64,000 nt of DNA from an uncultured Gammaproteobacteria bacterium (lineage in GTDB: Bacteria > Patescibacteriota > Microgenomatia > Levybacterales > UBA12049): positions 1,890 to 65,889 of the forward strand of contig CAYMJR010000005.1 of the NCBI GenBank assembly GCA_964391315.1, read 5' to 3'. This document shows positions 17,826 to 28,787 of the stretch, in pieces. Position 1 is the stretch's first letter, and each line of letters begins with the position of its first letter. Under the pieces are notes generated by a model, which searched no databases, was not told the DNA's origin, and worked only from the letters and a program-made list of their open reading frames with translations. A program made the position numbers and the translations under genes.

Positions 17826-18692
17826 TTATATGATGAATACTTTTTCTTTTAAACAATATTTCCAAAGTAATAATCGCTCATAGATTATTCTAGGATAAAT
17901 TAACAAGAAGAGAATATAATCTTCTTTTGATTTATATTTATCCATAAATAATTTTGCTATTAATAAGAAAGGAAAAATGATTGTAATTAGTTTTTTAGGT
18001 TCATAAATTCCAAATTGAGTATTATATTTTTCATGATGAACTTTATAGAGCAAAACTGCTCGATAATAAACCCATGATGCTGATAAGAAGTAAGCAAGTG
18101 GATTCCATTTGGATATTGCATGATAAACAATCATATTTTTGTTAAAATGAATTCTTCCCATCTCTTTTGCTTTTAATGCAAGATCACGATCTTGATTTCT
18201 TTCAAATCGCTTATCAAATAGTTTTACCTTTAGTAATACATTTTTTTTATATGCAATATTTGCCGTCATATATTCTCCGCCAGACAAATTTTGTACTACC
18301 CTATCTGAATATGTAGGTTGATATTGTTTTGAAACATAATAAATTTTGCCTTCTACGCCAACACAATCTTTTTCTTTAAGGAGTTTTAACCCTTCTTGTA
18401 TCCATTTCTTATCCACTCGACAATCAGCGTCAGTAAAAAAGATGTAGTTACTTCTAGCAATTTTAACAGCCTTATTTCTTGATAGCGACTTTCCTAAATT
18501 ATGCGGATTCTTCACATAGATAATTCTTTTATCTTTTATTTGTGCAATTATTTCTTTTGTATGATCTGTTGAGGCGTCATCGACAATAATCAATTCAAAT
18601 GCAGGTTCAGTTTGTGACAAAATAGACCTAATAGCATTTTTTATTTGCTTCTCCATATTATATGTTGCGATTATAATTGATGCTTTGATCAT
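17826..18692 (-). CDS. GT2 glycosyltransferase
   Basis: 288 aa. SIIIATYNMEKQI, ELIIVDDASTDHT and FTDADC (DxD). Confidence 0.75.
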   Translation of the reverse strand: MIKASIIIATYNMEKQIKNAIRSILSQTEPAFELIIVDDASTDHTKEIIAQIKDKRIIYVKNPHNLGKSLSRNKAVKIARSNYIFFTDADCRVDKKWIQEGLKLLKEKDCVGVEGKIYYVSKQYQPTYSDRVVQNLSGGEYMTANIAYKKNVLLKVKLFDKRFERNQDRDLALKAKEMGRIHFNKNMIVYHAISKWNPLAYFLSASWVYYRAVLLYKVHHEKYNTQFGIYEPKKLITIIFPFLLIAKLFMDKYKSKEDYILFLLIYPRIIYERLLLWKYCLKEKVFII

Positions 18693-18700
18693 AGGATAAT

Positions 18701-19804
18701 TTATCGGTAGGATAGTAATTCTTTATAGTTATAAATAAGGTTGTTGAGCTCAGAATTATTTTTAATATATCCTTTTAACATACCCAAAACAGTAGATAAT
18801 TCATATGTGCATTGTAAATATGGGAATATGATAAAGACAGGATTTTGTTTTTTAATTGCTTTCAAAAGCCACCAACCATAAAAAATTTGTGGAAGAATTA
18901 AAATGTTAAAGAAAATAGATAATGGGTTAATGACAAATAAGATGATTAAAGATGAAATAACAAAAAAAGGAAAAGGAAATATTGGTGGAATTTTCTTTAT
19001 TTTACTATAAAACTTTAGCAGTGATGTGCCTCTGGTGAATGGTTTTTTTATAAGGTTTTTGATTGAAAGTCGATGATCATGAAATAATGTAGCTTTTTTA
19101 GTACAAAGAAATGTACTATTCTTAATTGTTTTGTTGATTCTATAGCATAAATCTGTATCTTCTACACCACTTAAATTTTTATCCCAGCCTTTTACTTTCT
19201 TAAGAATTGATATGGGGAAAGAACAATTTGCTCCCCATATTTCTCCGACTTTGAATACTGTTTTTGATGTTTGCATATTGGGAGAAAACATGTTTCTTAA
19301 ATAAGAGTAAAACCGCATAAAGAGGCTCTTACTTGTTACATATGAGATAGGTGAAGGATTGGCATAACCTGTGGCATCCATGTAGTAGTCAACAATACTT
19401 GTTGCCTGTTTGTGTAATTTAATAAATCCTGCAACTCCAGAAAGATTTTGATACCCATATTTTTTATACACATTATCTAATTCCTTTAACCAATTTTTAT
19501 CTGCATAGCAATCATCATCAAAACAAATATAAATTTTTCCTTTCGCTGTATACAAACCAGTGTTTCTTGCTTCTGCCAGTCCACTATTTGTTTTATGCTG
19601 TATGAGTCTAACAGGGAATTTCTTAACTAACTCTATTGTTGAATCTGTTGATCCATCATCCACGACAATAATTTCATACCTGTCCTTAGGAAAGTTTTGG
19701 TTCACTAGTGATTTTAGACATTGTTGGATATGTCTCTCTCTGTTATATGTGCAGAGAACTATACTATAGATAATATTCTGTTTCATATTTTGATTAGCTT
19801 TCAT
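18701..19804 (-). CDS. GT2 glycosyltransferase with C-terminal membrane helices
   Basis: 367 aa. SIVLCTYNRERHI, EIIVVDDGSTDST and FDDDC, plus C-terminal hydrophobic segments (PPIFPFPFFVISSLIILFV...). Confidence 0.75.
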   Translation of the reverse strand: MKANQNMKQNIIYSIVLCTYNRERHIQQCLKSLVNQNFPKDRYEIIVVDDGSTDSTIELVKKFPVRLIQHKTNSGLAEARNTGLYTAKGKIYICFDDDCYADKNWLKELDNVYKKYGYQNLSGVAGFIKLHKQATSIVDYYMDATGYANPSPISYVTSKSLFMRFYSYLRNMFSPNMQTSKTVFKVGEIWGANCSFPISILKKVKGWDKNLSGVEDTDLCYRINKTIKNSTFLCTKKATLFHDHRLSIKNLIKKPFTRGTSLLKFYSKIKKIPPIFPFPFFVISSLIILFVINPLSIFFNILILPQIFYGWWLLKAIKKQNPVFIIFPYLQCTYELSTVLGMLKGYIKNNSELNNLIYNYKELLSYR

Positions 19805-19899
19805 AGAAATCTCTAAGCTATTTAAGTACTGTAGTATACACTATAAGATCTATAAAAGCAAGATGAATCTGATTAAGTTACCCCAAATCAGCCTCGATG

Positions 19900-19928
19900 T
19901 TGAATATCTCATAGTAATATGGTAAAAT
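19900..19928 (+). promoter_or_regulatory. Sigma-70-type promoter (TTGAAT-N17-TAAAAT with TGn)
   Basis: ttgaat at 19900-19905, 17-nt spacer ending in tgg, taaaat at 19923-19928. Upstream of the flippase ATG at 19943. Confidence 0.4.
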
Positions 19929-19942
19929 AGTTGGAGGAAATT

Positions 19943-21217
19943 ATGCTAAAAAAGTATTATCGGTATTTCATGGATGATCCTCTTTACCAAAATTCCATTT
20001 ACGGCATGGCAAGTACGTTTATGGTGGCGTTTTTCGGGTTCTTCTTCTGGATTATCGCCGCAAGGCTATTTTCGCCTGAACATGTTGGTATAGCAACGAC
20101 ACTTATTTCGGTTATGACATTAATTAGTAATTACAGTTTGTTGGGTTTCAATATTAGTCTTATAAGATATCTGCCGACATCAGGTGAAAGAAATGAGAAG
20201 ATTAATTCAGTTATTATGCTTGTTTCTCTTTCATCCATCATTATAAGTATTGTGTTTTTAACCTTTTTACATATTTTCTCACCACAATTACTCTTTCTTC
20301 AGAAACATCTTTTGTACTTTTTTACCTTTATCCTTTTTGTGATTGGTTTGACCCTTAATACGATTATTGATAGCATTTTTATCGCATATCGTGCAGTCGG
20401 CAATATTTTGATAAAAAACATTTTATTAAGTGTTCTTAAATTAATTTTTCCTCTCTTTCTTGTTTTCTTCGGATCATATGGTATCTTTTCTTCAGTCGGT
20501 TTGGCTACACTCATCAGTATGGTTTTCGGATACGGAATTATTGCGGTGAGATATCATTTTAGACCTGTTTTGAGAGTTAACACAAAGATTATCAAACAAA
20601 TGGGGAGATTTTCTCTGGGAAATTATATTGCTTACTTTTTAAATATTACCCCGACGCTTCTCTTGCCGCTCCTTATTATGAATACATTGGGTGCAAAAGT
20701 TGCCGCATATTATTATGTCGCTTCAATGATTCTTGGATTTTTGAGTGTTATTCCTTCTACAACCACCAATTCTTTATTGGCGGAGGGATCATATAATAAT
20801 GCAGAATTACGACAGCATGTTATGAAAGCGTCAAAAATTATTTATTTCGTGCTTATTCCGGCCATAATCTTTATTGTGTTTTTTGGTAATTTTATTCTCA
20901 ATGCTTTTGGAAAAAGTTATGCTGATGAAGCGTTTTCATTTCTGCGTATTGTCAGTATCTCCTCTCTTTTTATGGCAATCTCGTTTATTGGTAACGCGAT
21001 TTTAAAAATCCGTCATCAGATACAAACTCTTATTATTACTAATATTTTTGGTGTCCTGGTTATTTTAGGATATGTATATTTCTTCCTTCGTTATAATTTG
21101 ACCGGTATCGGGTGGGGCTGGTTAATCGGACAGGCGACGCTTGCTATATTATACGTTTTTATAGTGGGAAGGAAAGAGCTAGCGTTTATATTGTTTAAAC
21201 GTATACGCAGCAGGTAA
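19943..21217 (+). CDS. Wzx-type (MOP superfamily) oligosaccharide flippase
   Basis: About 424 aa with ~12 predicted TM helices and a polysaccharide-biosynthesis-protein-like pattern. The track start (TTG at 19931) is replaced by the ATG at 19943, which follows GGAGGA. Confidence 0.65.
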   Translation: MLKKYYRYFMDDPLYQNSIYGMASTFMVAFFGFFFWIIAARLFSPEHVGIATTLISVMTLISNYSLLGFNISLIRYLPTSGERNEKINSVIMLVSLSSIIISIVFLTFLHIFSPQLLFLQKHLLYFFTFILFVIGLTLNTIIDSIFIAYRAVGNILIKNILLSVLKLIFPLFLVFFGSYGIFSSVGLATLISMVFGYGIIAVRYHFRPVLRVNTKIIKQMGRFSLGNYIAYFLNITPTLLLPLLIMNTLGAKVAAYYYVASMILGFLSVIPSTTTNSLLAEGSYNNAELRQHVMKASKIIYFVLIPAIIFIVFFGNFILNAFGKSYADEAFSFLRIVSISSLFMAISFIGNAILKIRHQIQTLIITNIFGVLVILGYVYFFLRYNLTGIGWGWLIGQATLAILYVFIVGRKELAFILFKRIRSR

Positions 21218-22222
21218 TAAGGTATCCCCATTATCTTTCGCAATATTCCAGCTTTCAGGATAAGAAGATCGAGGGAGGAAAAGATAAGCTGTCGCACCTA
21301 TCACACCTTTATTTCTATAGTCATATGTTGCTTTTAGAACGCCTTCATAGGTACTTTTCTGGAGATCTGGACTGCCTAAGGTATTTTGGTCTGTCAAAGT
21401 ATCACCGTTACCTGCACCGAACTCTTCGATAAAGATTGGTTTTTTTGTATATTTTTTGATTGCATTGAGATAGACAGTTGCAAACTTATATGGTTCCGGG
21501 AAAGGGCCGTCTTTAGGTTTATCAAATCCATAAATGTGAACTGAATATATATCAACAATATCTTTAAGAAGTGGTACTGCTCTTGGATCGTGCCAGTAGT
21601 ATTCCTCTTCACCTGTAGGCAGTTTATTGCCGCTATCTATTCCCCAACTACCAATTGTAACTTGCATCGTTGGACAAGCAGATTTGACGATTTCTGATGC
21701 ATTTTTTAATTTTTGGAGATTTGTATCTGATAAAATTGGCTCATTTCGAATATCAACAGCCAAAATATTTGAGAATGAACACAAATTTGAGTCAACGACG
21801 TAATGTCGTACAAAATCAGGATAGGAATCAGGAATATCCTTGCTAAAGAATTCACTATCTTGACTGTTTGATTCAACAAGAATCACTGCGTACATACCCT
21901 TAAGTCGCATTTTTTCTAGTACTTCCTGCCATTGGTTTTGCGTATATGATTTTGTTATTGTTCCATTTGTTGGGCTGGTAATATTGGTGATACGCAGAGT
22001 GTTCATCCCCAGATTCGATGCTAAATCAATAAGGTCTTCTCCTTTACTGTTGACGACATACTTACTTGATTCTGGAAGCAGTTGACTCATATCAACAGTC
22101 GCTCCGATATATTGTTGTGGACGGATTTTTAAGAGATATTTGCTTTGCGCAATAAGCCCTTCACGAAAGAAAAATGCAGTTATGAATAGTAAGATAACAA
22201 TAAGGAATAAAAATTTTTTCAC
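21179..22222 (-). CDS. GH5-like (clan GH-A) glycoside hydrolase, membrane-anchored
   Basis: 347 aa with an N-terminal anchor and a GTG start. DIRNEP (acid/base NEP motif), HIYGF and FIEEFGAG (nucleophile Glu) fit a (beta/alpha)8 cellulase-superfamily enzyme. The 3' end overlaps the flippase 3' end by 39 nt. Confidence 0.55.
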   Translation of the reverse strand: MKKFLFLIVILLFITAFFFREGLIAQSKYLLKIRPQQYIGATVDMSQLLPESSKYVVNSKGEDLIDLASNLGMNTLRITNITSPTNGTITKSYTQNQWQEVLEKMRLKGMYAVILVESNSQDSEFFSKDIPDSYPDFVRHYVVDSNLCSFSNILAVDIRNEPILSDTNLQKLKNASEIVKSACPTMQVTIGSWGIDSGNKLPTGEEEYYWHDPRAVPLLKDIVDIYSVHIYGFDKPKDGPFPEPYKFATVYLNAIKKYTKKPIFIEEFGAGNGDTLTDQNTLGSPDLQKSTYEGVLKATYDYRNKGVIGATAYLFLPRSSYPESWNIAKDNGDTLLPAAYTFKQYKR

Positions 22223-22276
22223 GTAGTGTCATTATACACTACAAGAGGCAATTTATAAAAAACAAAAGAGGTGTAA

Positions 22277-24616
22277 TTATCGATATATTCGTGTTCCTCC
22301 ATTATTATAAATGAGGTTTTTATTTTGATTGAGTATATCGATCGGAAAATGATAATAGATTGGCGCACCCTGGACATATACCATGACCTGACCAGTTGCC
22401 ATATTTGAATGACTTAGATATACATAGGAATTTATTCTAATAGTTGAAGGGATAATTCCATCTACAGAATATACGTTGCCATAGGTATGGAATTTATTGC
22501 CGGTAAACCAGTCTGATTGAATCGGTATTTTTTTATTATAATTTTTTAGTAACCAATTAATCGAAGTAATTTCATCCTTGTGGGTATAGTATGCTTCATA
22601 ATAAAATCCGCTGTTTGCAAGATTTAATTGCCCATAATAACCTCCTGTTGCTTGTGGAATAAATCCGGATAAGAATAAAAAGAAAAAGATGAAGGTCAAT
22701 GAAAGAAGATATATTTTTATTCCTCTATGAATTTTATCAAAGATGCTAAACAGTGATAATGCCCCAATGATGAGCGGGATTACAAGTAATAGCAATCCTT
22801 GTTGCAGAAGTCGAAGAATCCCATAACTGATAGAACTTCCAGGTAAAACAGTTTCGCCAACAAGAATTCCAAAGAAGACAACGGTTATAAGCAAATGTTC
22901 TTTTTTGAATCTTTTAATATATTTTTTGTACCAGAAGATTGCAAGAAATCCGATGACGATAAATAACTGCATAATCTTTGCATAGATGTCTTTGATGGAA
23001 TTGTTAAAGGAAAAAACATCAATTTTATAATTGGTAAGATTTGTGCCTAATGGAGTAAGAGGTTGTTTTATTTGTGAGCCGCTTGACAGTGCATATTTAC
23101 TGTAAATGGTTTCATCAAGAAATGCGCTATTATCATTAAATTTTCTGACAAATTTTGTGAAATCATCCACATACTGTTTTAATAATTTAGAGTCATCTGG
23201 TTTCTTTTTGTTAATCAAACTATATGAAGCAGGATCGTTTTTTTCCTGACTAATATCTTTTTTTATTAAATCTTTTTTAATATTATTTATTGTCTCTACG
23301 ATTCCATTTGATGTATTGGTGATGCCGAAGTTCCATGTGACTGTTACTGCGAGTAAGAGAGCTATCATGCCAAAATGTAAATTTGCTTTATCATGTTCTA
23401 TGCCAAGTTTATTATCAATTATGGTGATGATATTTTTGATTTTTGGATGTTTATGAACAAATGTCATAATGAAGTATGATATTGAGGTAATAAGGAAAAG
23501 TGTCAAAGTAATATATGTAGTTGAGTAGTGTGAAAAGGTTAAACCCAGACCAAACAGCAAAAATAAAGTCCATTTTATTTTTAAAGAGAACCCTTGGGTA
23601 AATAAGGTATTGAGAAGTAAGGCAAAAAAGAGCAATGCAATTTCCTGTCTGTTTAGCATTGGCATATCTACCATAAAGGTTGGAAGCGACATGATGATAA
23701 ATGTTCCCAAAAATGCAAGAAATGGGTTGATAAATTTCTTAAGAAATAAATAAGTGATGACCGGGAAAAACGCAAAAATAATTTGATTTATTACTTTAAA
23801 AACAGAAAGGTCCGGAATATGGGTGATTGTCGCGATAATAGTCGGTAGAATCGTAATACTAAGACAAGCTGTATAAGGATTTGGAAATGCTGACATATTC
23901 CATATATGATGTAGCTTTGTTAATTGGAAGACATAGTATTCAAGATAAATATCATGGCCTGTGATATACCATCCTCGAAGCGACGTCATCAATAGAAGTG
24001 ATAGTCCAATCATCAACGCTGAAAGAGGAAATATTTTTTCATTTATTTTGTCCCGTAAAATAGTCAAAAGAAGTACAAACAGCGCGATAAAACCGAGCAT
24101 ATACATGGTGAGTGTGTTGGAATCATTACTGTTAATTCTGATAGCACCAAGGATACTGAGTATAGGAAATACACATGGAATAAGATAAGAGAGTAGACTT
24201 CTTTTAAAAGATACTTTTTCTAGAAATAAGGGGAATGGTGTATTTCTATTAAAAAGATATACCCATAAAAGAAGAAAAAGTGTATTGCACGAGATAAGAA
24301 TGGGTAAAAATGATAAGGGGCTATTGATCCTTAATAAAGGAAGGAATGCGTTGATAGTTAAACCCAACAGCATCAATAGTACGAGACTGAGTCCCAGGGA
24401 ATAGGTTAGAACTTCCCAAAAATCCCGGGATTTTGGATAAAAAATCCATAACAACAAAAATCCTGGTAAGAGCAGTAAAAATAACGTGGAAAAAATTTGG
24501 GTAATGTAAAAATAGTTGATTTGGAAAATCAAGAGAAGATTAACTCCAACTCCAAATCCTAACAAAGTTAGTAATAATTTTCGTTGCGAAGAGAGTTTAT
24601 TTATATTTATTTTCAT
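22277..24616 (-). CDS. 779-aa polytopic membrane protein, candidate polymerase/GT-C-type enzyme (DUF2206-like)
   Basis: About 14 helices in the first 450 aa, a ~110-aa hydrophilic insert, 4-5 further helices, and a ~110-aa C-terminal soluble domain. Sits between GT4 and GH5-like genes. The family call is weak. Confidence 0.4.
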   Translation of the reverse strand: MKININKLSSQRKLLLTLLGFGVGVNLLLIFQINYFYITQIFSTLFLLLLPGFLLLWIFYPKSRDFWEVLTYSLGLSLVLLMLLGLTINAFLPLLRINSPLSFLPILISCNTLFLLLWVYLFNRNTPFPLFLEKVSFKRSLLSYLIPCVFPILSILGAIRINSNDSNTLTMYMLGFIALFVLLLTILRDKINEKIFPLSALMIGLSLLLMTSLRGWYITGHDIYLEYYVFQLTKLHHIWNMSAFPNPYTACLSITILPTIIATITHIPDLSVFKVINQIIFAFFPVITYLFLKKFINPFLAFLGTFIIMSLPTFMVDMPMLNRQEIALLFFALLLNTLFTQGFSLKIKWTLFLLFGLGLTFSHYSTTYITLTLFLITSISYFIMTFVHKHPKIKNIITIIDNKLGIEHDKANLHFGMIALLLAVTVTWNFGITNTSNGIVETINNIKKDLIKKDISQEKNDPASYSLINKKKPDDSKLLKQYVDDFTKFVRKFNDNSAFLDETIYSKYALSSGSQIKQPLTPLGTNLTNYKIDVFSFNNSIKDIYAKIMQLFIVIGFLAIFWYKKYIKRFKKEHLLITVVFFGILVGETVLPGSSISYGILRLLQQGLLLLVIPLIIGALSLFSIFDKIHRGIKIYLLSLTFIFFFLFLSGFIPQATGGYYGQLNLANSGFYYEAYYTHKDEITSINWLLKNYNKKIPIQSDWFTGNKFHTYGNVYSVDGIIPSTIRINSYVYLSHSNMATGQVMVYVQGAPIYYHFPIDILNQNKNLIYNNGGTRIYR

Positions 24617-24618
24617 AG

Positions 24619-25764
24619 TTAATTTCCCCCTAACTGAATATACAAATTTTCTAACTTAAGAGACAGTGCTTTCCAACTATAAATACGAGATGAGTTTTTT
24701 TGCGAGTAGTATATTTTTTTCGTCCGATCTTCTTTATTCATTACTGAATTACTGAGTACTTTTGTTAAATCTTCAATATTGCTATGTTCCGCAATATATC
24801 CTGCTTTACCATAGGATACGTATAAAGGAAGATCTCCTACGTTGCTTACAACCGGTACTGCTCCAAATTGCATATATTGAAACACTTTCATATTACTGCA
24901 TGCTTTTTGTGTTTCTTCATTTGGCATATAGGAATACCCGATGTCCCCTACGCGAACATACTTATATAATTCATTTTGAGGAATACGTCCCAAAAATTCA
25001 ATATGATGTAAATTGAGTTTTTTTGCCAGATTCTTAAAATAGGGTAAGTATGTTCCGTCTCCAATAATTCTTACCGAAGGGTATATTTTCTTCTCTTTCA
25101 TGTCTTTTACAGCCATAAAAAGAGGTTCAAGAATGTTAATTCGATTAATATTACCAATAAAAATAATTCTCTTCTCTGAAATTTTCCCTGGTACTATTTT
25201 ATAGTTGATCATAAATTCTGCTCCGTTTGGTATATGTTTGACAATTTTGTTTCTATCTTGGGATGAATACAATGTTTGTAAGTATTTTGATCCTGTCACA
25301 ATTGCTGATGCGTATTTCACAAGAATTTTTTCGGATAGTTCTACAAGTTTAATTTTAAGTGGCGGATTTTTTTCAATTTTCATTACTACACTATCAAGGT
25401 CATCTGTATCAAAAATAACTATTTTTTTCCGTGTTAATTTAAGAAATAATCCAAGAATGGTTATTGGTGTTGCTTTATATATATGAATTATATCTGGATC
25501 CATTTTATGGAGTAGGTAAATTGTGGAAAGAATGTAGGGAATTAGCCCCAATTCAAATGGTAATATTTTCATCTGGAGAGGGCGAATGATTTTTACTTCA
25601 TCAATCTCCGTAATTTCTTCATCTTTAAATTTTGAATATTTATCAAATCTCGGTGAAAAAATTGATACGTTATGTCCTCTATTTACAAATTCTTTCGCAA
25701 AAGCAAGGCATCGGTAAGAAATGCTGCTTTTAATTGTTCCTGATGTAATAAACGCTATTTTCAT
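24619..25764 (-). CDS. GT4-like (GT-B) glycosyltransferase
   Basis: 381 aa. N-terminus MKIAFITSGT, and a C-terminal Rossmann half RIIGDGTYLPYFKNLAKKLNL..IEFLGRIP with FGAVPVVSNVGDL. Confidence 0.6.
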   Translation of the reverse strand: MKIAFITSGTIKSSISYRCLAFAKEFVNRGHNVSIFSPRFDKYSKFKDEEITEIDEVKIIRPLQMKILPFELGLIPYILSTIYLLHKMDPDIIHIYKATPITILGLFLKLTRKKIVIFDTDDLDSVVMKIEKNPPLKIKLVELSEKILVKYASAIVTGSKYLQTLYSSQDRNKIVKHIPNGAEFMINYKIVPGKISEKRIIFIGNINRINILEPLFMAVKDMKEKKIYPSVRIIGDGTYLPYFKNLAKKLNLHHIEFLGRIPQNELYKYVRVGDIGYSYMPNEETQKACSNMKVFQYMQFGAVPVVSNVGDLPLYVSYGKAGYIAEHSNIEDLTKVLSNSVMNKEDRTKKIYYSQKNSSRIYSWKALSLKLENLYIQLGGN

Positions 25765-25765
25765 A

Positions 25766-26848
25766 TTACTTAAGAATGTTATTTATTGTGTTGTATGTCT
25801 GGTTTACTTTTGTATTCCATACATACGATTTATACACATCCCGCAAACCTTGCTCTCCAAGTCTTTTTGCTAACAAGTCGTCATTGATAATTGTTTTGAT
25901 AGCGTTCGTTAAAGCATCTGTATTTTTTATCGGCACCAGTAGTCCATTCTTTTTGTTTTTAATAATTTCAGGAATACCGCCCATTCTCGTTCCTATAACA
26001 GGGGTTTTACAAGCCATTGCCTCAATCAATACCATTCCAAAACTTTCCATAGGAGCGATTGATGGTAAAACCAAGATCGCGTTTTTTTGCATCTCCCGCA
26101 CTATATCTTGGCCGGATTTAACACCTAAAAACCTTACATTTTTTTGTTTGATATTGATTTTTTCTCCAATTATAGTAAGTTTTACATTTGGAAGCTCTCT
26201 CATGGCGTTAAGCAAATAAGGGAGACCTTTTAGAGGATAAACATTTGCGTATCTACCTACAAAAAGAACACTCTTTTCTTTTTTCTTGCGGGAAGGTTTG
26301 AATTTATTTATATCAACCGCTGGTGTAATTACAACACTTTTTCTACTGTAAGGATTGACAATAGTGTCTTTAACAAATTGAGAGGCACAGATGATTTTGT
26401 TTGCTCTTTTGAACATTCCTGAGAGAAAGAGTTTTTCATATATCCCGATAATAAAATCAAAAAATACTTTTCCTTTTTTCATTGAACCGGCATGATATGT
26501 AAGCACAAAAGGAATCTTTCCTGAAGTACGAGATGCTATGTCTGCGATGAAAGGTACAGGTGCGTGACCATTGATGATATCCGGTTTCTCGTTTGCAATT
26601 ATTTTCTTAATTTTCCAATACCAGAATGGATTAATAGGCGTATTAGATAATTTGAAAAGTCGACCAAGGCGGTAAATTTTTATACCTCCAATTGTTTCAA
26701 CAATATCTGTGCGGTTTTTGTGATTTGACGTGATGACAATGACATTCCATTTATATCGTTTTTTCAGCCCGATACTAAGATTATAGGCATAATTTTCAAG
26801 TCCCCCCATTTTTGGGTAAAAGTATGGTGTAACTATTAATAACTTCAT
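25766..26848 (-). CDS. GT4 glycosyltransferase
   Basis: 360 aa. MKLLIVTPYFYPKMGGLENY and PMESFGMVLIEAMACKTPVIGTRMGGIPEII (E-x7-E motif). Confidence 0.8.
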   Translation of the reverse strand: MKLLIVTPYFYPKMGGLENYAYNLSIGLKKRYKWNVIVITSNHKNRTDIVETIGGIKIYRLGRLFKLSNTPINPFWYWKIKKIIANEKPDIINGHAPVPFIADIASRTSGKIPFVLTYHAGSMKKGKVFFDFIIGIYEKLFLSGMFKRANKIICASQFVKDTIVNPYSRKSVVITPAVDINKFKPSRKKKEKSVLFVGRYANVYPLKGLPYLLNAMRELPNVKLTIIGEKINIKQKNVRFLGVKSGQDIVREMQKNAILVLPSIAPMESFGMVLIEAMACKTPVIGTRMGGIPEIIKNKKNGLLVPIKNTDALTNAIKTIINDDLLAKRLGEQGLRDVYKSYVWNTKVNQTYNTINNILK

Positions 26849-28023
26849 TGCTCATATACCTCCTCCACCTTTTTTGCTAGGATGTCCCAGTCATAGTTTT
26901 TGACACTATGGATATAGTCTTGAGATGATTGTTTTGCTGATAAATATTTGGTGACTTTTTCAGCAAGTTTCCTTTCATCAAGCTGTACTGTATCTCCATT
27001 TCTTCCCTTTGTGATAAGATCTTTTGTTGCATTATCTGGGTGGTCTATTGTGATCACAGGTAGTCCTGACGCATTTGCTTCAAGCGCGACAATACCAAAT
27101 CCTTCTCGAGTCGAAGGAAATGCAAAGACTCTTGATGACTTCATGAGTGCATATAGATCTGTGTGCTCCGGGATAAAGTCATAAAAAATGACATTTTTTT
27201 GTAAACCTAAAGAATCAGATAATCCTTTAAGTTTCATTTCTTCAGGGCCTTTGCCTACAACAACGCAGGTAATGTTTGGATAATCTTTTTTCAAAAGAGC
27301 AATCGATCGGATCAGGAAATCAACGTTTTTATTTGATAAAAGTCTTCCCGCGAAGATAACGTCTGATTTCTTTTTTGCAGGTTTTACTTTTTGGATTTCA
27401 TCCAAGTTAATGCCATTTGGGATGACAACAATATCCGTTTTTATTTTTAAATCTGAAATAAGTTTATTTTTTGTGTGCTCTGATACAGCAATAATTTTAT
27501 CCGGCATTCGCGCACTAAGCCATTCTACAATATATGAGATATTCCCAAGAAGTCCCATATATTTTACCCAATATTTTCTACCCCAGACTTCATTCCATGT
27601 AGCATAGAGTGGTTTTTTCTTTACAAGACACACAAGTTTGAGTGGGAAAAGTACCATATGAGGCATATGGTCAACATCCATCACATCAAAATCTTCTTTG
27701 ATCAGCTTAAAACAAGCAAGTGCAAAAATAATACCTTCTTTAATGGATCGTCTTTTTCCTGAATAAAGTGGATATAATTTACTAATTGCATGAAGGTGAA
27801 CTCCATTTTCGATGCGATGATTTTCTTTCTGCTCATTTTTTTTCTGTCTTTCTCTGCTCGCAGTCTGATTCGGTTTTTCCCACCAATGCATACAATAAAG
27901 ATGTACATTATGGCCTGCCTGTGCAAGTCTCGTACTTAGTTCATAGATACGTTTCTCTTTCCCGCCTTTGTTATAGGGATAAATAGCATCAGATACCATT
28001 GCAATAGTAATTTTTCTTTTCAT
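26845..28023 (-). CDS. GT4 glycosyltransferase
   Basis: The track ORF extends to 28107 and overlaps the upstream gene by 76 nt. The ATG at 28023 (MKRKITIAMVSDAIYPYNKGG) starts 8 nt after that gene's stop and matches GT4 N-termini. Also has STREGFGIVALEANASGLPVIT (E-x7-E). Confidence 0.8.
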   Translation of the reverse strand: MKRKITIAMVSDAIYPYNKGGKEKRIYELSTRLAQAGHNVHLYCMHWWEKPNQTASRERQKKNEQKENHRIENGVHLHAISKLYPLYSGKRRSIKEGIIFALACFKLIKEDFDVMDVDHMPHMVLFPLKLVCLVKKKPLYATWNEVWGRKYWVKYMGLLGNISYIVEWLSARMPDKIIAVSEHTKNKLISDLKIKTDIVVIPNGINLDEIQKVKPAKKKSDVIFAGRLLSNKNVDFLIRSIALLKKDYPNITCVVVGKGPEEMKLKGLSDSLGLQKNVIFYDFIPEHTDLYALMKSSRVFAFPSTREGFGIVALEANASGLPVITIDHPDNATKDLITKGRNGDTVQLDERKLAEKVTKYLSAKQSSQDYIHSVKNYDWDILAKKVEEVYEQ

Positions 28024-28031
28024 AGGGAATA

Positions 28032-28787
28032 TTATTCTGTTAACCAATTCAATTTGAAATACTTTACTGTATTTCTCTTTGGAGACCATCGAAGATTCTT
28101 GATACACATATAAAGTATTTTTAAACCATCATTGATTGCATCAATTTTTGATTGTCCTTCTCGTTCATCATAAGTAATTGGAACAGAATATATTTCAAAA
28201 CCGAGTTTGGTCATCTTGATAATCATTTCCATTTCAATTTCAAATCCTTCTGATTCAAGATATGGGATAAGTTTATCAATTACTTCTTTTTTCCATGCAA
28301 AAAATCCACTGAGGACATCAGTCGTATTTGCTCGATAAAATTGTCTAACGAGAAAAGTATATCCCCAATTAGCAACTCTATTTTGAAACTTGAGAGAATT
28401 TTTACGCATTTTTCCTCCCAATCGTGAACCGATGATTACGTCACAAAAATTGTGCATCAATGGCTCTATAAGACGAAGCGTTTCGTGCGCTTTGTATGTA
28501 TTATCTCCATCAAGCATGACAACGTGAGTTGTATCTGGACTAATTGATTTAAATCCAGCAATGATGGCGTGTCCTTTTCCTTTTTTATATTCATCAATAA
28601 CAATTGCTCCTTTTTGTGTTGCAATTTCGTACGTACGATCAGTGGAGTTATTGTTGATGACGATAATCTCTACGGTAAAACCAAGCCTTCTGAGTGTTTT
28701 TGTTGGTACATCATCAATAACACGGCCGATACCTTTTTCTTCATTATGGCAGGGAATTAAAATAGTAATTTTTTTATTTAGTTTCAT
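28032..28787 (-). CDS. GT2 polyprenyl-phosphate glycosyltransferase-like (DPM1/GtrB type)
   Basis: 251 aa. ITILIPCHNEEKGIGRVI, EIIVINNNSTDRT and VVMLDGDNTY (DxD). Confidence 0.7.
   Translation of the reverse strand: MKLNKKITILIPCHNEEKGIGRVIDDVPTKTLRRLGFTVEIIVINNNSTDRTYEIATQKGAIVIDEYKKGKGHAIIAGFKSISPDTTHVVMLDGDNTYKAHETLRLIEPLMHNFCDVIIGSRLGGKMRKNSLKFQNRVANWGYTFLVRQFYRANTTDVLSGFFAWKKEVIDKLIPYLESEGFEIEMEMIIKMTKLGFEIYSVPITYDEREGQSKIDAINDGLKILYMCIKNLRWSPKRNTVKYFKLNWLTE

Noticed and set aside
28024-28107. Upstream extension of the GT4 ORF (track start 28107), and similar extensions at 53147, 58689 (both strands), 61640, 19931, 41075, 4809 and 29492
   Set aside because: The extended versions overlap neighbouring genes or promoters and add non-homologous residues. 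The internal ATGs restore typical family N-termini or paralog alignment.
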